In this document: positions 1 through 7,929 of the stretch, in pieces | Numbering within the stretch: the first letter of the stretch is position 1 | How the letters are laid out: every line of letters starts with the position of its first letter | Source of the DNA: a virus | Taxonomy: Duplodnaviria; Caudoviricetes | IMG/VR virus record: IMGVR_UViG_3300046006_001177 | Location: 1-52,785 of that record | Length of the DNA stretch: 52,785 bases | Direction: 5' to 3' (one strand) | Notes under the pieces: generated by a model | Told to the model about the DNA's origin: nothing | The model's input: the letters and a program-made list of their open reading frames with translations, nothing else | The model's database searches: none | Translations under genes and position numbers: made by a program

Positions 1-896
1 CCGGTGTTAATAACTGACCAAGTGACGTTACCACCTGTCTCAATAAGTTCCCACAAAAATCTGCGTCGTGCCACATCTTCTGCCACGACGGTTTCGTTGA
101 TCCGCGCAATGAAGCTGGCACTCGCGCTAGCAAGATCTGAAGCCGCTGTTGCTTCGTCCACCCTGACAGCAAAGGTGACCAGCGTAGAGAACTCAACAGA
201 GGCAGACGCGCTCTCAGATACCGAAACTGACGCTGTGTTAAATCCATCAGGTAGATCTGCTGCATTCGCGGTTTCCTCAATCCTGCCAGATACACCAAAT
301 ACACCCTTCACCAGATCCTGTGCTGCTACCGTCTCTGCCACCACGCCAATCAGCGCAACCTGCGAAGCTACTGTGTCATTCCCTGCTGCCGACTCGCTGA
401 CCGTACCAAACCTGTTTCTAATGCCAGTAACTGCATCGCTTGCCGCCGCGCTCTCAGATACCTGAGAGTTTACATTCGCCAAACTGCTTACTACATCTGC
501 TGCCTGCGTCGTCTCACTGACTTGCCCGTTGATCGTAACCAGCGAGCTGACTGTGTCGTTGCCTGTTACGCTCTCCGTTACAACACCGGTAACCGACTTG
601 GTAGATGCAACACTATCAGCTCCAGCAGCTGTGTCGGTGACAGATACGCCAAGGGCAACAGCAGCAAGGTAAACATCAGTAACAACAACAGACTCTGCAA
701 TGTTTGCAACGATTCTGGGCTGTATCTCTGAACTGACTTGGTCAAGAGCTTTGACCAACCCGCCATCACCCAGACCCCAACCATCAGAACCCCACGCACC
801 ATTGCCCCAGCCGCCATTTGATATCAGCCGATCATAAACAGAGCAACCCCATCCGGCCTGCCCCCATGTGCCGCTACCAAATCCGCCCTCTGCCAC
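1..896 (-). CDS. Ser/Thr/Ala/Val-rich virion (tail-associated) repeat protein, 3' end runs off window
   Basis: Not in ORF track because it has no stop in the window. Hand translation from GTG 896 after GGAG: MAEGGFGSGTWGQAGWG..., GWG repeats, then ~18-aa V-x-E-S/T-x-x-A-x-D repeats, ending ...FLWELIETGGNVTWSVINT. Lies in the tail module. Confidence 0.8.
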   Translation of the reverse strand, partial: MAEGGFGSGTWGQAGWGCSVYDRLISNGGWGNGAWGSDGWGLGDGGLVKALDQVSSEIQPRIVANIAESVVVTDVYLAAVALGVSVTDTAAGADSVASTKSVTGVVTESVTGNDTVSSLVTINGQVSETTQAADVVSSLANVNSQVSESAAASDAVTGIRNRFGTVSESAAGNDTVASQVALIGVVAETVAAQDLVKGVFGVSGRIEETANAADLPDGFNTASVSVSESASASVEFSTLVTFAVRVDEATAASDLASASASFIARINETVVAEDVARRRFLWELIETGGNVTWSVINT

Positions 897-899
897 ACA

Positions 900-1079
900 T
901 TACTCCGCAGCCTCTAACTCACTATCCATGAACCAACGACTGTGAACCTGGCCGTCCTCGGCAGTCCACTCCATCAAGCACCAGATACCGCCATCATCGT
1001 CCATGCGCATCTTTATGATCGGACCCTGTGGCACTACGGCCTTCAGCTTTACAACATCGCCTCTTTTGAACATGGCCAT
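900..1079 (-). CDS. 59-aa DUF2158/YodC-like small protein
   Basis: Hand translation MAMFKRGDVVKLKAVVPQGPIIKMRMDDDGGIWCLMEW...RWFMDSELEAAE. The FKxGDVVxLK...C.W...F pattern fits; it fills the gap between neighbours exactly. Confidence 0.65.
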   Translation of the reverse strand: MAMFKRGDVVKLKAVVPQGPIIKMRMDDDGGIWCLMEWTAEDGQVHSRWFMDSELEAAE

Positions 1080-1085
1080 CCCCTA

Positions 1086-1661
1086 TCAAGTCGCATCAAG
1101 GTTGAACGAGTACGTCACGTTCAGAACGTCACCGCTGACCACCGTACGGTCGCCCGGCGCTTGGAAGTCTGCCGCCGAGAACAACAAGCCAGATGTGCCA
1201 GTTGCCACGTTGCACAGGAAAGCACCCGAGATCGTAGCGTTCGCAGTCATCGTGAACGTTGCCAAGGAAGCCGCGTTGTTGATGTTGGATGGATCTGCCA
1301 GCGTGGCATTGCCAAACGTTACCTGCGGGCGGTTGCCGCTGTAGTTGGAGTTCTCATCCCAACCAACGTGAGATGCCAACGTATCCCCACCGGAGAACGT
1401 GGTTGAAGCCGATGTGTTGTTGATCAGGCCGATGTACCACGCAGCCGTGTAGGTCGAACCCTTGAAGTACTTGGTGTTCATGTCCTGCAAGCCGGTGTTC
1501 ACCACCAGATTGGAGCCCATGTCCACCCACTTTTGGTTGCCTTCGCTGTCGTAGCAGGTGACAGTAAACACACCACCGCCGGACGCGCCTTCAGCAAAAC
1601 CCGTCTTGCGCTCAGTATTGGCGCTTACGGTCTCGCTGGATTTTGATTTCTCAATCGTCAT
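1086..1661 (-). CDS. putative tail/virion structural protein (191 aa)
   Basis: NLVVNTG, WYIGL and GDVLNVTY patterns typical of phage tail-associated proteins; GGAG RBS; operon context. Confidence 0.65.
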   Translation of the reverse strand: MTIEKSKSSETVSANTERKTGFAEGASGGGVFTVTCYDSEGNQKWVDMGSNLVVNTGLQDMNTKYFKGSTYTAAWYIGLINNTSASTTFSGGDTLASHVGWDENSNYSGNRPQVTFGNATLADPSNINNAASLATFTMTANATISGAFLCNVATGTSGLLFSAADFQAPGDRTVVSGDVLNVTYSFNLDAT

Positions 1662-1670
1662 GATGACTCC

Positions 1671-2096
1671 TCAGTTAATACGTATTAACGCACTGGACGA
1701 TGTGTTGGGAGGCAACGTCACCGTAAATGTGCCATTGGCAGCCTGCGTCTTGTCGCTACCAAAATCCAACGTGGCTATCGACGCGTTCGCTACAGTGGCG
1801 TTGTAGATCAACGCACCCCGCGCAACAAACTGCGCTGATGTCCATGAAACATTGTCAAAGCTTACATACACAATCCCGTTGCTGGTCGAAGATATCGACA
1901 CGTTGGCTAGCGTGTTTCCGCCCGCCGTGTATCCAGCACCGGTTACCTCATTCGTCGGCGAGTATTCAGTCGTACTCTCGCCCATCTCTACATAGCCGTC
2001 ATACAGCGCCATCTTCAGCGTGTTGGACGCAACATTCTGGCGGCCATTTAAGATGTCCACCTTGAACGACGTAGTCAGGCCTTGGTAAATCGTCAT
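1671..2096 (-). CDS. putative virion structural protein (141 aa)
   Basis: TSFK..IL.G...KMALY...GYTAGG..L...ARGALIYN...LDFG pattern; ATGA overlap with upstream gene. Confidence 0.65.
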   Translation of the reverse strand: MTIYQGLTTSFKVDILNGRQNVASNTLKMALYDGYVEMGESTTEYSPTNEVTGAGYTAGGNTLANVSISSTSNGIVYVSFDNVSWTSAQFVARGALIYNATVANASIATLDFGSDKTQAANGTFTVTLPPNTSSSALIRIN

Positions 2097-2776
2097 GTCA
2101 CTTTCACCCTAACCTGACCACTGCGGTACGCATCCTGACGCTCCATACCATCGCCCAGACGTTTCAGTTCGCCCATAGCCTCGTTGTACTTGGCCTCGAC
2201 GTTGGCAATCAAATCTTGCTCGCCCTTCATGAACAGGTAAGCCTCACGCAGAGAGCCGTACAACAGCGCCGGATCGTAGTTGTCACCCAGCCACGTGCGG
2301 CCGTCAGCAGCCGTCGTAATCGACTCTGGGTAATAGTAGTAGTGCAGCTCTAGCGTGTACGCCTGATCAGGTGTTGGGCCGAAGATAAACGTCAGCTCAT
2401 CTACCGCCACGTTGCTCGTCACCTGCGGTCCGAAGATTGAGTAGTACTTGGGCAAACCCTGATCTGCCGGCGTGGGATACGCAGCACGGATGTAGTTCAC
2501 ATCCTTGTTCAGCAGGTAGTGATACTCCTCAGTCGCTGTGCCGTAGTTCTCGATCACAGCCATGGAGTACACCGCTAGGAAATCGTTGGGAGCAGTCAAG
2601 TACTTGTTACCCGTCTGCATGATGCCAGTGGAGTTGCGGCGAATAGACGGCAACTGCACCGCATTGTAGATGCGGGTTTCTGTCTGGCGTATGAACGTGG
2701 GAATGTACGACTCAAAGTCTGAGTCGTAGTTCTCCGTGTACGCCTGAATCGCGCTGACTAACTCTGTGTATGTCAT
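2093..2776 (-). CDS. putative head-tail adaptor / tail tubular protein (227 aa)
   Basis: MTYTEL..AI..Y, FI...E.RI, G.P.YY, PTPD..Y.LEL.YY and ALLYGSL.EA motifs. Confidence 0.6.
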   Translation of the reverse strand: MTYTELVSAIQAYTENYDSDFESYIPTFIRQTETRIYNAVQLPSIRRNSTGIMQTGNKYLTAPNDFLAVYSMAVIENYGTATEEYHYLLNKDVNYIRAAYPTPADQGLPKYYSIFGPQVTSNVAVDELTFIFGPTPDQAYTLELHYYYYPESITTAADGRTWLGDNYDPALLYGSLREAYLFMKGEQDLIANVEAKYNEAMGELKRLGDGMERQDAYRSGQVRVKVT

Positions 2777-3048
2777 GCCATTGGGCCGCGAGCCATTACA
2801 CCCTTAGTAGCAGCACCAGTGCCACGGATCTTGATGCCAGTCGTCTTCGTATCTTCCCGACCAGGATCACCCGCAGACACGCGCTGCACCGCAGTTCTCG
2901 GACCAAGCTTGTCCACCGCGATATTGTTCGGATCTTCCATCTTCTTCAACTTGGCAGGCACAGACTTGCCAGTCATCGTGTGAGGCGGAGCGTAAACCGA
3001 AGCGGGTCCAACTTCCTTCCCACCCTTCTTCATTGAGTACTTAGCCAT
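2773..3048 (-). CDS. small basic protein (MKKGG; RGTGAATKG)
   Basis: ORF track 91 aa; GAGG RBS; coupled to neighbours. Confidence 0.7.
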   Translation of the reverse strand: MAKYSMKKGGKEVGPASVYAPPHTMTGKSVPAKLKKMEDPNNIAVDKLGPRTAVQRVSAGDPGREDTKTTGIKIRGTGAATKGVMARGPMA

Positions 3049-3055
3049 ATCAACC

Positions 3056-3205
3056 TCACTTGGTTTTCTGGTTATGAATACGTGCCTCGTTGCGCCCGTA
3101 TTTTTTCAGATCGGATGTAGTTACGCCACCCTTTTTCATGCCTTTGTGCATGCGCTTTTCGTGTGCCTTGACCGCTGCCTTGGCGACCTTTCTCATCTTG
3201 TCCAT
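3056..3205 (-). CDS. 49-aa basic protein (MKKGG motif)
   Basis: Hand translation MDKMRKVAKAAVKAHEKRMHKGMKKGGVTTSDLKKYGRNEARIHNQKTK; AGGAG RBS; below ORF-track length cutoff. Confidence 0.7.
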   Translation of the reverse strand: MDKMRKVAKAAVKAHEKRMHKGMKKGGVTTSDLKKYGRNEARIHNQKTK

Positions 3206-3214
3206 CTCTTACTC

Positions 3215-3637
3215 CTAGTTGATAGTCACGTTTGCCACAATCGTCACCGGCGCTAGATTGTTTGGCGTCAGTCCATCGTCATTCGCCCTAGCCCCACCTA
3301 TCGGTGCCCAACCCCACTGGATGATCCGGCTACCACCGGCAGGGAAACCATCCTGCAATATGTTCGTGCCAGAGGTGTTGTCCGTCTGTAATCCCGTCAA
3401 TCCCGACTGCCAGTAAGACTTGTCCGGCCTCGGATTTCTCACTGCCTGCGGGTCGTTCACCGGGTACATACCAAGACTCAACTGCGGCTGATCCGGCTCC
3501 CAACACGTCTTGCACACCTTGATGTTGACGTTCTTCGTCTTGATCGTCAGTGTCTTTAACTCTTTCAACATGAACCGGAAGCCGCAGCGGTCACATTCCG
3601 CAATCGACTTCTTGCCACTTGCATACTTACTCGGCAC
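3215..3637 (-). CDS. CxxC-CxxC zinc-ribbon virion-module protein (140 aa)
   Basis: ECDRCGF...VCKTCWEPDQPQL...DPQAVRNPRPD; GTG start. Confidence 0.7.
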   Translation of the reverse strand: MPSKYASGKKSIAECDRCGFRFMLKELKTLTIKTKNVNIKVCKTCWEPDQPQLSLGMYPVNDPQAVRNPRPDKSYWQSGLTGLQTDNTSGTNILQDGFPAGGSRIIQWGWAPIGGARANDDGLTPNNLAPVTIVANVTIN

Positions 3638-3640
3638 AGA

Positions 3641-4381
3641 TCACCTGTACGTAATCATTCGAGGCACCAAACGATCCGGGGCTTTTTCCCGATCTTCGCC
3701 TGCCGCCATTTCCCACGACTCGTCGTACTGCGCTTTCAAAAACTGTAGTCGCTCCAAACCACCCGGTAACTTCATCGCCAACCGATATGCCAGCCCGCAG
3801 ATCAGCGGCTCCTGGAAACGGAATGGGATGTCCTCAACATTCACACCGTTGCCCGCGTCAAACATCCTACGCAGCCGCCAGTACACAAAGTAGTAGTACG
3901 GTGTCTGCGCTGTACCCTGATCCGGCGATGGCCACACGTTAATCTGCGGATTCTGTGGTGTAGCACCAGGTACGTCAGTTGTCTGCCCGCTGCGGCGGTT
4001 TATCCAGACTTGGATCGGCCGGCCTTGCGTGAGCTTGTTCGGGATCGTTGCGTACGTAGAGACGGAGATACGGTTGATGTTGATGTCTGACTGGGTACCA
4101 ATCTGACCGGGATTAGTTCGAATAACATGTTCCAGTAAATCCACGGTATCAATAGGTAGATCATAGGTAATCTGCCCTTGTACAAGCGGGATCGTTGCCG
4201 ACTCAATAGTCCACAAATTGATACCGCGATTAGCCCACTCCGTCAGCAGCAAGTTCAGGCTGCGACGCGCCGTACGGAAGTCATACCCCGTGCGCATCTC
4301 CAAGCCACAACGCTCGAACGCCTCTTCGAATATCTCGTTGAGGTCTGGATTAAACGCTGTTGTGGATGTCGTGTACGCCAT
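3641..4381 (-). CDS. putative head-to-tail adaptor (P22 gp4 / tail tubular A-like, 246 aa)
   Basis: EEAFERCG...ARRSLNLLLTEWANRG.NLWT, GRP, VWP.PD and IPFRF...L..GLAY.LA motifs. Confidence 0.65.
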   Translation of the reverse strand: MAYTTSTTAFNPDLNEIFEEAFERCGLEMRTGYDFRTARRSLNLLLTEWANRGINLWTIESATIPLVQGQITYDLPIDTVDLLEHVIRTNPGQIGTQSDININRISVSTYATIPNKLTQGRPIQVWINRRSGQTTDVPGATPQNPQINVWPSPDQGTAQTPYYYFVYWRLRRMFDAGNGVNVEDIPFRFQEPLICGLAYRLAMKLPGGLERLQFLKAQYDESWEMAAGEDREKAPDRLVPRMITYR

Positions 4382-4614
4382 TACCTGAATCTCGCAGTCT
4401 TCTGTGCTATGCCCTTGGGCTGTTTAACAAACTGCTTGCCTTTTGCCTTACCTGCCCGCTTTGCCTTCGTCGTTGCTGCATACTCCGCAGGACTCAGAGC
4501 TTTGATCGCCTTCTCCGGCAAATACCGCTCACCAGTTTTTGATGACGGCTTGCCGCTCTTGGTGCGCCATTTCTGATCGCCCCAGTTTTTCAGCGACTGT
4601 TGCGGGGCTTTCAA
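4381..4614 (-). CDS. DUF5872-like basic protein, C-terminal-half gene
   Basis: TTG start overlapping upstream TGA, GGGGGA SD; QQSLKNW..QKWRTKSGK...RYLP.KA...KR.G..KGKQFVKQP. Confidence 0.65.
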   Translation of the reverse strand: MKAPQQSLKNWGDQKWRTKSGKPSSKTGERYLPEKAIKALSPAEYAATTKAKRAGKAKGKQFVKQPKGIAQKTARFR

Positions 4615-4886
4615 TCTCTGTATCCCCCGCCTGCCGCTTTGTACTTCTTGGCTACTAGCTGCGCCTTGCGGGCTGACCACTGCCCTGCACCGGTGCCATG
4701 CGTTGCTGCCGCTTTCACTTGCGCCACGATCCGCTTGCGTAGACTAGGCTTCGTGTAGTTGCCCGCAGCATTGACCTTGCCACCTTCTTTGTACTGCGTG
4801 AAGTCAGTGTTATCCCGACGAGACTTCTTCTTCCCGCCGGGCATCTTGGTAGGGGAGATATCTCCCATGCCGCGTGACTTCATCAT
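4611..4886 (-). CDS. basic protein with NYTKPSLR...GQWSARKAQL...GGGY (DUF5872-associated N-half)
   Basis: ORF track 91 aa; motif recognition. Confidence 0.7.
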   Translation of the reverse strand: MMKSRGMGDISPTKMPGGKKKSRRDNTDFTQYKEGGKVNAAGNYTKPSLRKRIVAQVKAAATHGTGAGQWSARKAQLVAKKYKAAGGGYRD

Positions 4887-4887
4887 G

Positions 4888-5619
4888 TCAGCAGTACCCG
4901 CCTTTTTTCATCTTGGTCATGCCGCCCTTTTTCATGCCAGTAGAGCCGCTCATCTTGACCTGCATCGCCTTGGTTTTACCCTTCGTAGCAACGCCGTCAG
5001 CAGCCTTGTGACCAGCAGCTAGACCACCAGAAGCCATCTTCTTCATAGCCATACCACCTTTAGCCATCTTGCCCTTACCGTCAGCTGCGAAAGCTGGCAC
5101 CTTCTGGCCGTCCTTCATGACCATCGGCATACCGCCATCAGCGTAGCCGCCCATCGCCATCTTCTTGACCTTGCCGCCGTGCTTCATGCCAGCCTCTGCC
5201 ATCTCGTGCTTGACCATCGACTTGGGAGCGCCCTTCTTCTTCATGAACGACACTTCCTTTTTGACCATTGCTTTTGACTCTTTCATCTCGCCTCCTTTGG
5301 CTTTCTTGGAAAGGCCAGCTTCGGAAAGACCGATTGCAATGGCCTGCTTGGGATTAGTAACCTTCTGACCGGACGAAGACTTCAGCTTCCCGGCTTTGAA
5401 CTCGCCCATCACCTTGCCAACTTTGGCTTGGCCGCCCTTGGCAAAACGCTGTGTCATTTGATCATTCGGACCAGACATGGCTTGTGGCTGCATGTTGAAC
5501 GTCTGATTCATGCCACCACTCTGACCGCCAGCCATGGGCTGATTGCCGTAGAACGGATATGTCGGCTGCTGCGTCTGACCGGTGACACCACCGTCAGCAA
5601 ACTTTCTGCGCTTTCTCAT
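4888..5619 (-). CDS. Lys/Met/Gly-rich protein with ~10 xxGG repeats (243 aa)
   Basis: FADGG, FAKGG, MKHGG, MAMGG, YADGG, MAKGG, MASGG, MKKGG x2; KV.KVMGEFK.GKL.SSSG.KV...KQAIAI.LSEA module. Confidence 0.75.
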   Translation of the reverse strand: MRKRRKFADGGVTGQTQQPTYPFYGNQPMAGGQSGGMNQTFNMQPQAMSGPNDQMTQRFAKGGQAKVGKVMGEFKAGKLKSSSGQKVTNPKQAIAIGLSEAGLSKKAKGGEMKESKAMVKKEVSFMKKKGAPKSMVKHEMAEAGMKHGGKVKKMAMGGYADGGMPMVMKDGQKVPAFAADGKGKMAKGGMAMKKMASGGLAAGHKAADGVATKGKTKAMQVKMSGSTGMKKGGMTKMKKGGYC

Positions 5620-5864
5620 ACCATTTTCCCTCTGGTTTTGCCCCGAATAGCGCAGCCATCAGCGCGTTTAGAAGCAGATCCAACCATGCCGCCGCGAGCT
5701 TTCTTCTCTGTTTTTGGCTTACCTTCGCCAGTCGCAGTGCGATAGCCTTCTTCGGTCATAGCGTCCATCTTCTTGTACAAAGCATCTAGCTCCGGCACAG
5801 ACTCGCCACGAGCCCGACGCGCCTCAAGCTCTGTGATGCGAGCTTGAATCTGGGGCATGTTCAT
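5616..5864 (-). CDS. small protein with C-terminal SASKRADGxAxRGKTRG motif
   Basis: ORF track 82 aa; C-terminus paralogous to 5864..6535. Confidence 0.7.
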   Translation of the reverse strand: MNMPQIQARITELEARRARGESVPELDALYKKMDAMTEEGYRTATGEGKPKTEKKARGGMVGSASKRADGCAIRGKTRGKMV

Positions 5865-6535
5865 CAGCAGATCCTTCCTTTTGTCTTGCCGCGCTGGGCG
5901 ATACCATCAGCACGGGATGATGCAGAAGATACTTTGCCGCCCGACTTCATGCCCATCTTTGACCGACCGTACGGAGTAGATGCTGCGGTACTTTTGAAAG
6001 CGCGATCAGCAGAGAAGGTGCCAGCCATGGCTTTAAGACGCTCGCTTTTGCCGTACGGTGAATCTTCTTTTTTCAAGCCTTCCAAGCGACGTTTGTTCAA
6101 AGCATCAGAATCAATATCGCCAAACATCCCAGAAAGTTCTTTTTTCTTGGTTTTAGGCTTTGGTTTTGGCTTCGGCTTTGGTTTGACCTCTTCCTTGACG
6201 GTCTCAGTGACACTGTCTTCTTTGGGACTTGTCCGAATATAGTCAGTGATCTTACGCTCAGAGGTTTCTTCGTCATTGCCGTAGCCGATGCTTGGCGTGC
6301 GACCGCTTGGCATGTACGAGCTGTCAGAGTCCATGTCAGACATGCTGCGCTCTGGCGACTTCATGCGACGACCGCTGTAGTCGCTGCTCTCAGTCATGTC
6401 GGCAGTAGACTGCTCATCGTAAGAACGCTCTGGGTATCTGGTTCTTACCGCTTCGCCGGAACCAGATCGCACTGGATTGCCGAAACGGTCACGCAAAACA
6501 CCGCCTTCTTGATAGCGCTTGGCCTTCTTTTTCAT
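5864..6535 (-). CDS. low-complexity charged protein with C-terminal SASSRADGIAQRGKTKG motif (223 aa)
   Basis: YQEGG, (KP)n run, MKSGG; overlaps both neighbours. Confidence 0.7.
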   Translation of the reverse strand: MKKKAKRYQEGGVLRDRFGNPVRSGSGEAVRTRYPERSYDEQSTADMTESSDYSGRRMKSPERSMSDMDSDSSYMPSGRTPSIGYGNDEETSERKITDYIRTSPKEDSVTETVKEEVKPKPKPKPKPKTKKKELSGMFGDIDSDALNKRRLEGLKKEDSPYGKSERLKAMAGTFSADRAFKSTAASTPYGRSKMGMKSGGKVSSASSRADGIAQRGKTKGRIC

Positions 6536-6795
6536 AACACTCTCCGTTGAGATTCAATCAACTGATCTATCTTGGTTTCCAGCCGATTGAACCGCTGATC
6601 TATATGATCCGTGATGCGATCCACTTCCGCCTTGGTCACGTTGTCACGAGCAATTTCCTCACGGGTCTTGTTCAACAAGATCGTGATCCGCGCTAGCTCG
6701 GAGAACTTCTCATGCGCGATATACGCAAATAAGCCAACAAACAGCGATAGAGCGCCGTTCCAGACAAATGCTAAGTCCACGGTCAACACTTCCAC
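6532..6795 (-). CDS. small protein with one TM helix and a coiled coil (holin/spanin-like topology, unassigned)
   Basis: Hydrophobic N-terminus, then LLNKTREEIARD...RFNRLETKID; start codon uncertain. Confidence 0.6.
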   Translation of the reverse strand: MEVLTVDLAFVWNGALSLFVGLFAYIAHEKFSELARITILLNKTREEIARDNVTKAEVDRITDHIDQRFNRLETKIDQLIESQRRVL

Positions 6796-7037
6796 TTCCG
6801 TAAAGATTTGTTGATACGGCTGTTCGGGTCGTTAGCAGTCTTGGCGGAAGTCAGCTTCTTCTTCATACCGGACATCCGGGCACAGAATGACTTCTTCCTT
6901 GAGCCGCCTTCTGGCTGCGGCGCTTTCAACCCTGGCTTACCCGGATTGGCTTTGTTGTAGGAGGCGCGACCCTTGGCGTTCAAGCCGCCTTCAGGGTTCT
7001 TGCCTTCCTTACGCTGCCAAGCCGGACTCTTAGCCAT
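6783..7037 (-). CDS. DUF6321-like basic phage protein
   Basis: AWQRKEGKNPEGGLNAKGRASY...RKKSFCARM...DPNSRINKSLRKWKC. Confidence 0.7.
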   Translation of the reverse strand: MAKSPAWQRKEGKNPEGGLNAKGRASYNKANPGKPGLKAPQPEGGSRKKSFCARMSGMKKKLTSAKTANDPNSRINKSLRKWKC

Positions 7038-7305
7038 AGAACACCGTTACGTTTGCGCCAACACTGGTCACAACAGTCAGGTTCGACTTGCAGATGATCC
7101 CCTGATCAGGGATGTTCAGCGGAGTAACGCCTGCTACACCGGGCGCTGTGAACACCACCAGATTGGAAGCGCCATCTTTGATCTGCACCGTCGCCGTTGT
7201 GCCGTACTGAATCAAGCCGCCCTTCAAACGGGTGCGGCCTTCCAGTACTACAGTCGTGGCGTTGGCCGGACATATACCCGGCCGTACGTCTGATTGCATA
7301 GCCAT
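7030..7305 (-). CDS. small beta-rich virion protein (91 aa)
   Basis: GRTRLKG...IPDQGI...VTVFYG pattern; AGGGG RBS. Confidence 0.65.
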   Translation of the reverse strand: MAMQSDVRPGICPANATTVVLEGRTRLKGGLIQYGTTATVQIKDGASNLVVFTAPGVAGVTPLNIPDQGIICKSNLTVVTSVGANVTVFYG

Positions 7306-7317
7306 AATGGCCCCCTA

Positions 7318-7791
7318 TTAGTTGTTCTGCTGACCAAAGAGGGGATCAGTGACGTAGTAAGTAATGTAACCAGCAACATCACCCACCGCCGAGCTTGCGC
7401 TCTCTGAAGTAACAGTAAAGTTCTTAGATGCGCTGCCAACAGTGCCGATGCCTGCGCCTGCGCCGGTAGCACCAGGAGTCACAGTCTTAGCCGAAGTCGC
7501 CGCCAAAGCAGACACATAGAACGCAGCGTTCGAAGTCGCACCGTCAATAGTGGTGTAGCCGACATTCATCGTGCCGCTGGTCAGGCCGTTGGTGATGATT
7601 ACCGATGTGACAACAGCATTAGCAGGGAGAATTACAGGGACGGTAGAGCCAGAAGCAACAACAACGTTGCCGGCAACTGCCGCGTTAGCAACATAGAAAG
7701 TTGCTGCCATGACGCCGGTGCCACAGTAGGCTTGGCGAGTGTTATCACCGCCGCCCGAACGCCAAATGGATTGGGTAGTAGATACAGCCAT
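7318..7791 (-). CDS. putative capsid decoration/minor protein, Ala/Thr/Ser-rich (157 aa)
   Basis: LPANAVVTSV motif; first gene after MCP; GAGGA RBS. Confidence 0.6.
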   Translation of the reverse strand: MAVSTTQSIWRSGGGDNTRQAYCGTGVMAATFYVANAAVAGNVVVASGSTVPVILPANAVVTSVIITNGLTSGTMNVGYTTIDGATSNAAFYVSALAATSAKTVTPGATGAGAGIGTVGSASKNFTVTSESASSAVGDVAGYITYYVTDPLFGQQNN

Positions 7792-7794
7792 CGA

Positions 7795-7890
7795 ATTGTC
7801 CTCACATGCGAGTTAGGTGGGGCAATCTGCATGTCGTCAGCCGGGACTGTTTGCCTCACCGGGTTTCCCGGGGTTACTGCGTTATAGCAT
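7795..7890 (-). promoter_or_regulatory. extended -10 promoter (TGcTATAAC) plus structured 5' leader
   Basis: -10 at 7881-7886, TG at 7888-7889. Complementary segments 7816-7825/7851-7860, 7804-7809/7829-7834 and hairpin 7859-7871. Confidence 0.5.
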
Positions 7891-7899
7891 AAATCTATG

Positions 7900-7927
7900 A
7901 AAAAAGGGGGGTTTTTAACCCCCCTTC
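7900..7927 (-). terminator. Rho-independent terminator after major capsid gene
   Basis: Minus strand AAGGGGGG-TTAAAAA-CCCCCCTT followed by T-run, directly after the MCP stop. Confidence 0.8.
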
Positions 7928-7929
7928 TA

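Noticed and set aside
4-817. ORF-track calls 4..465 (+), 522..731 (+) and 578..817 (-)
   Set aside because: Shadows of the real minus-strand gene starting at 896, which the track missed because it has no stop in the window.
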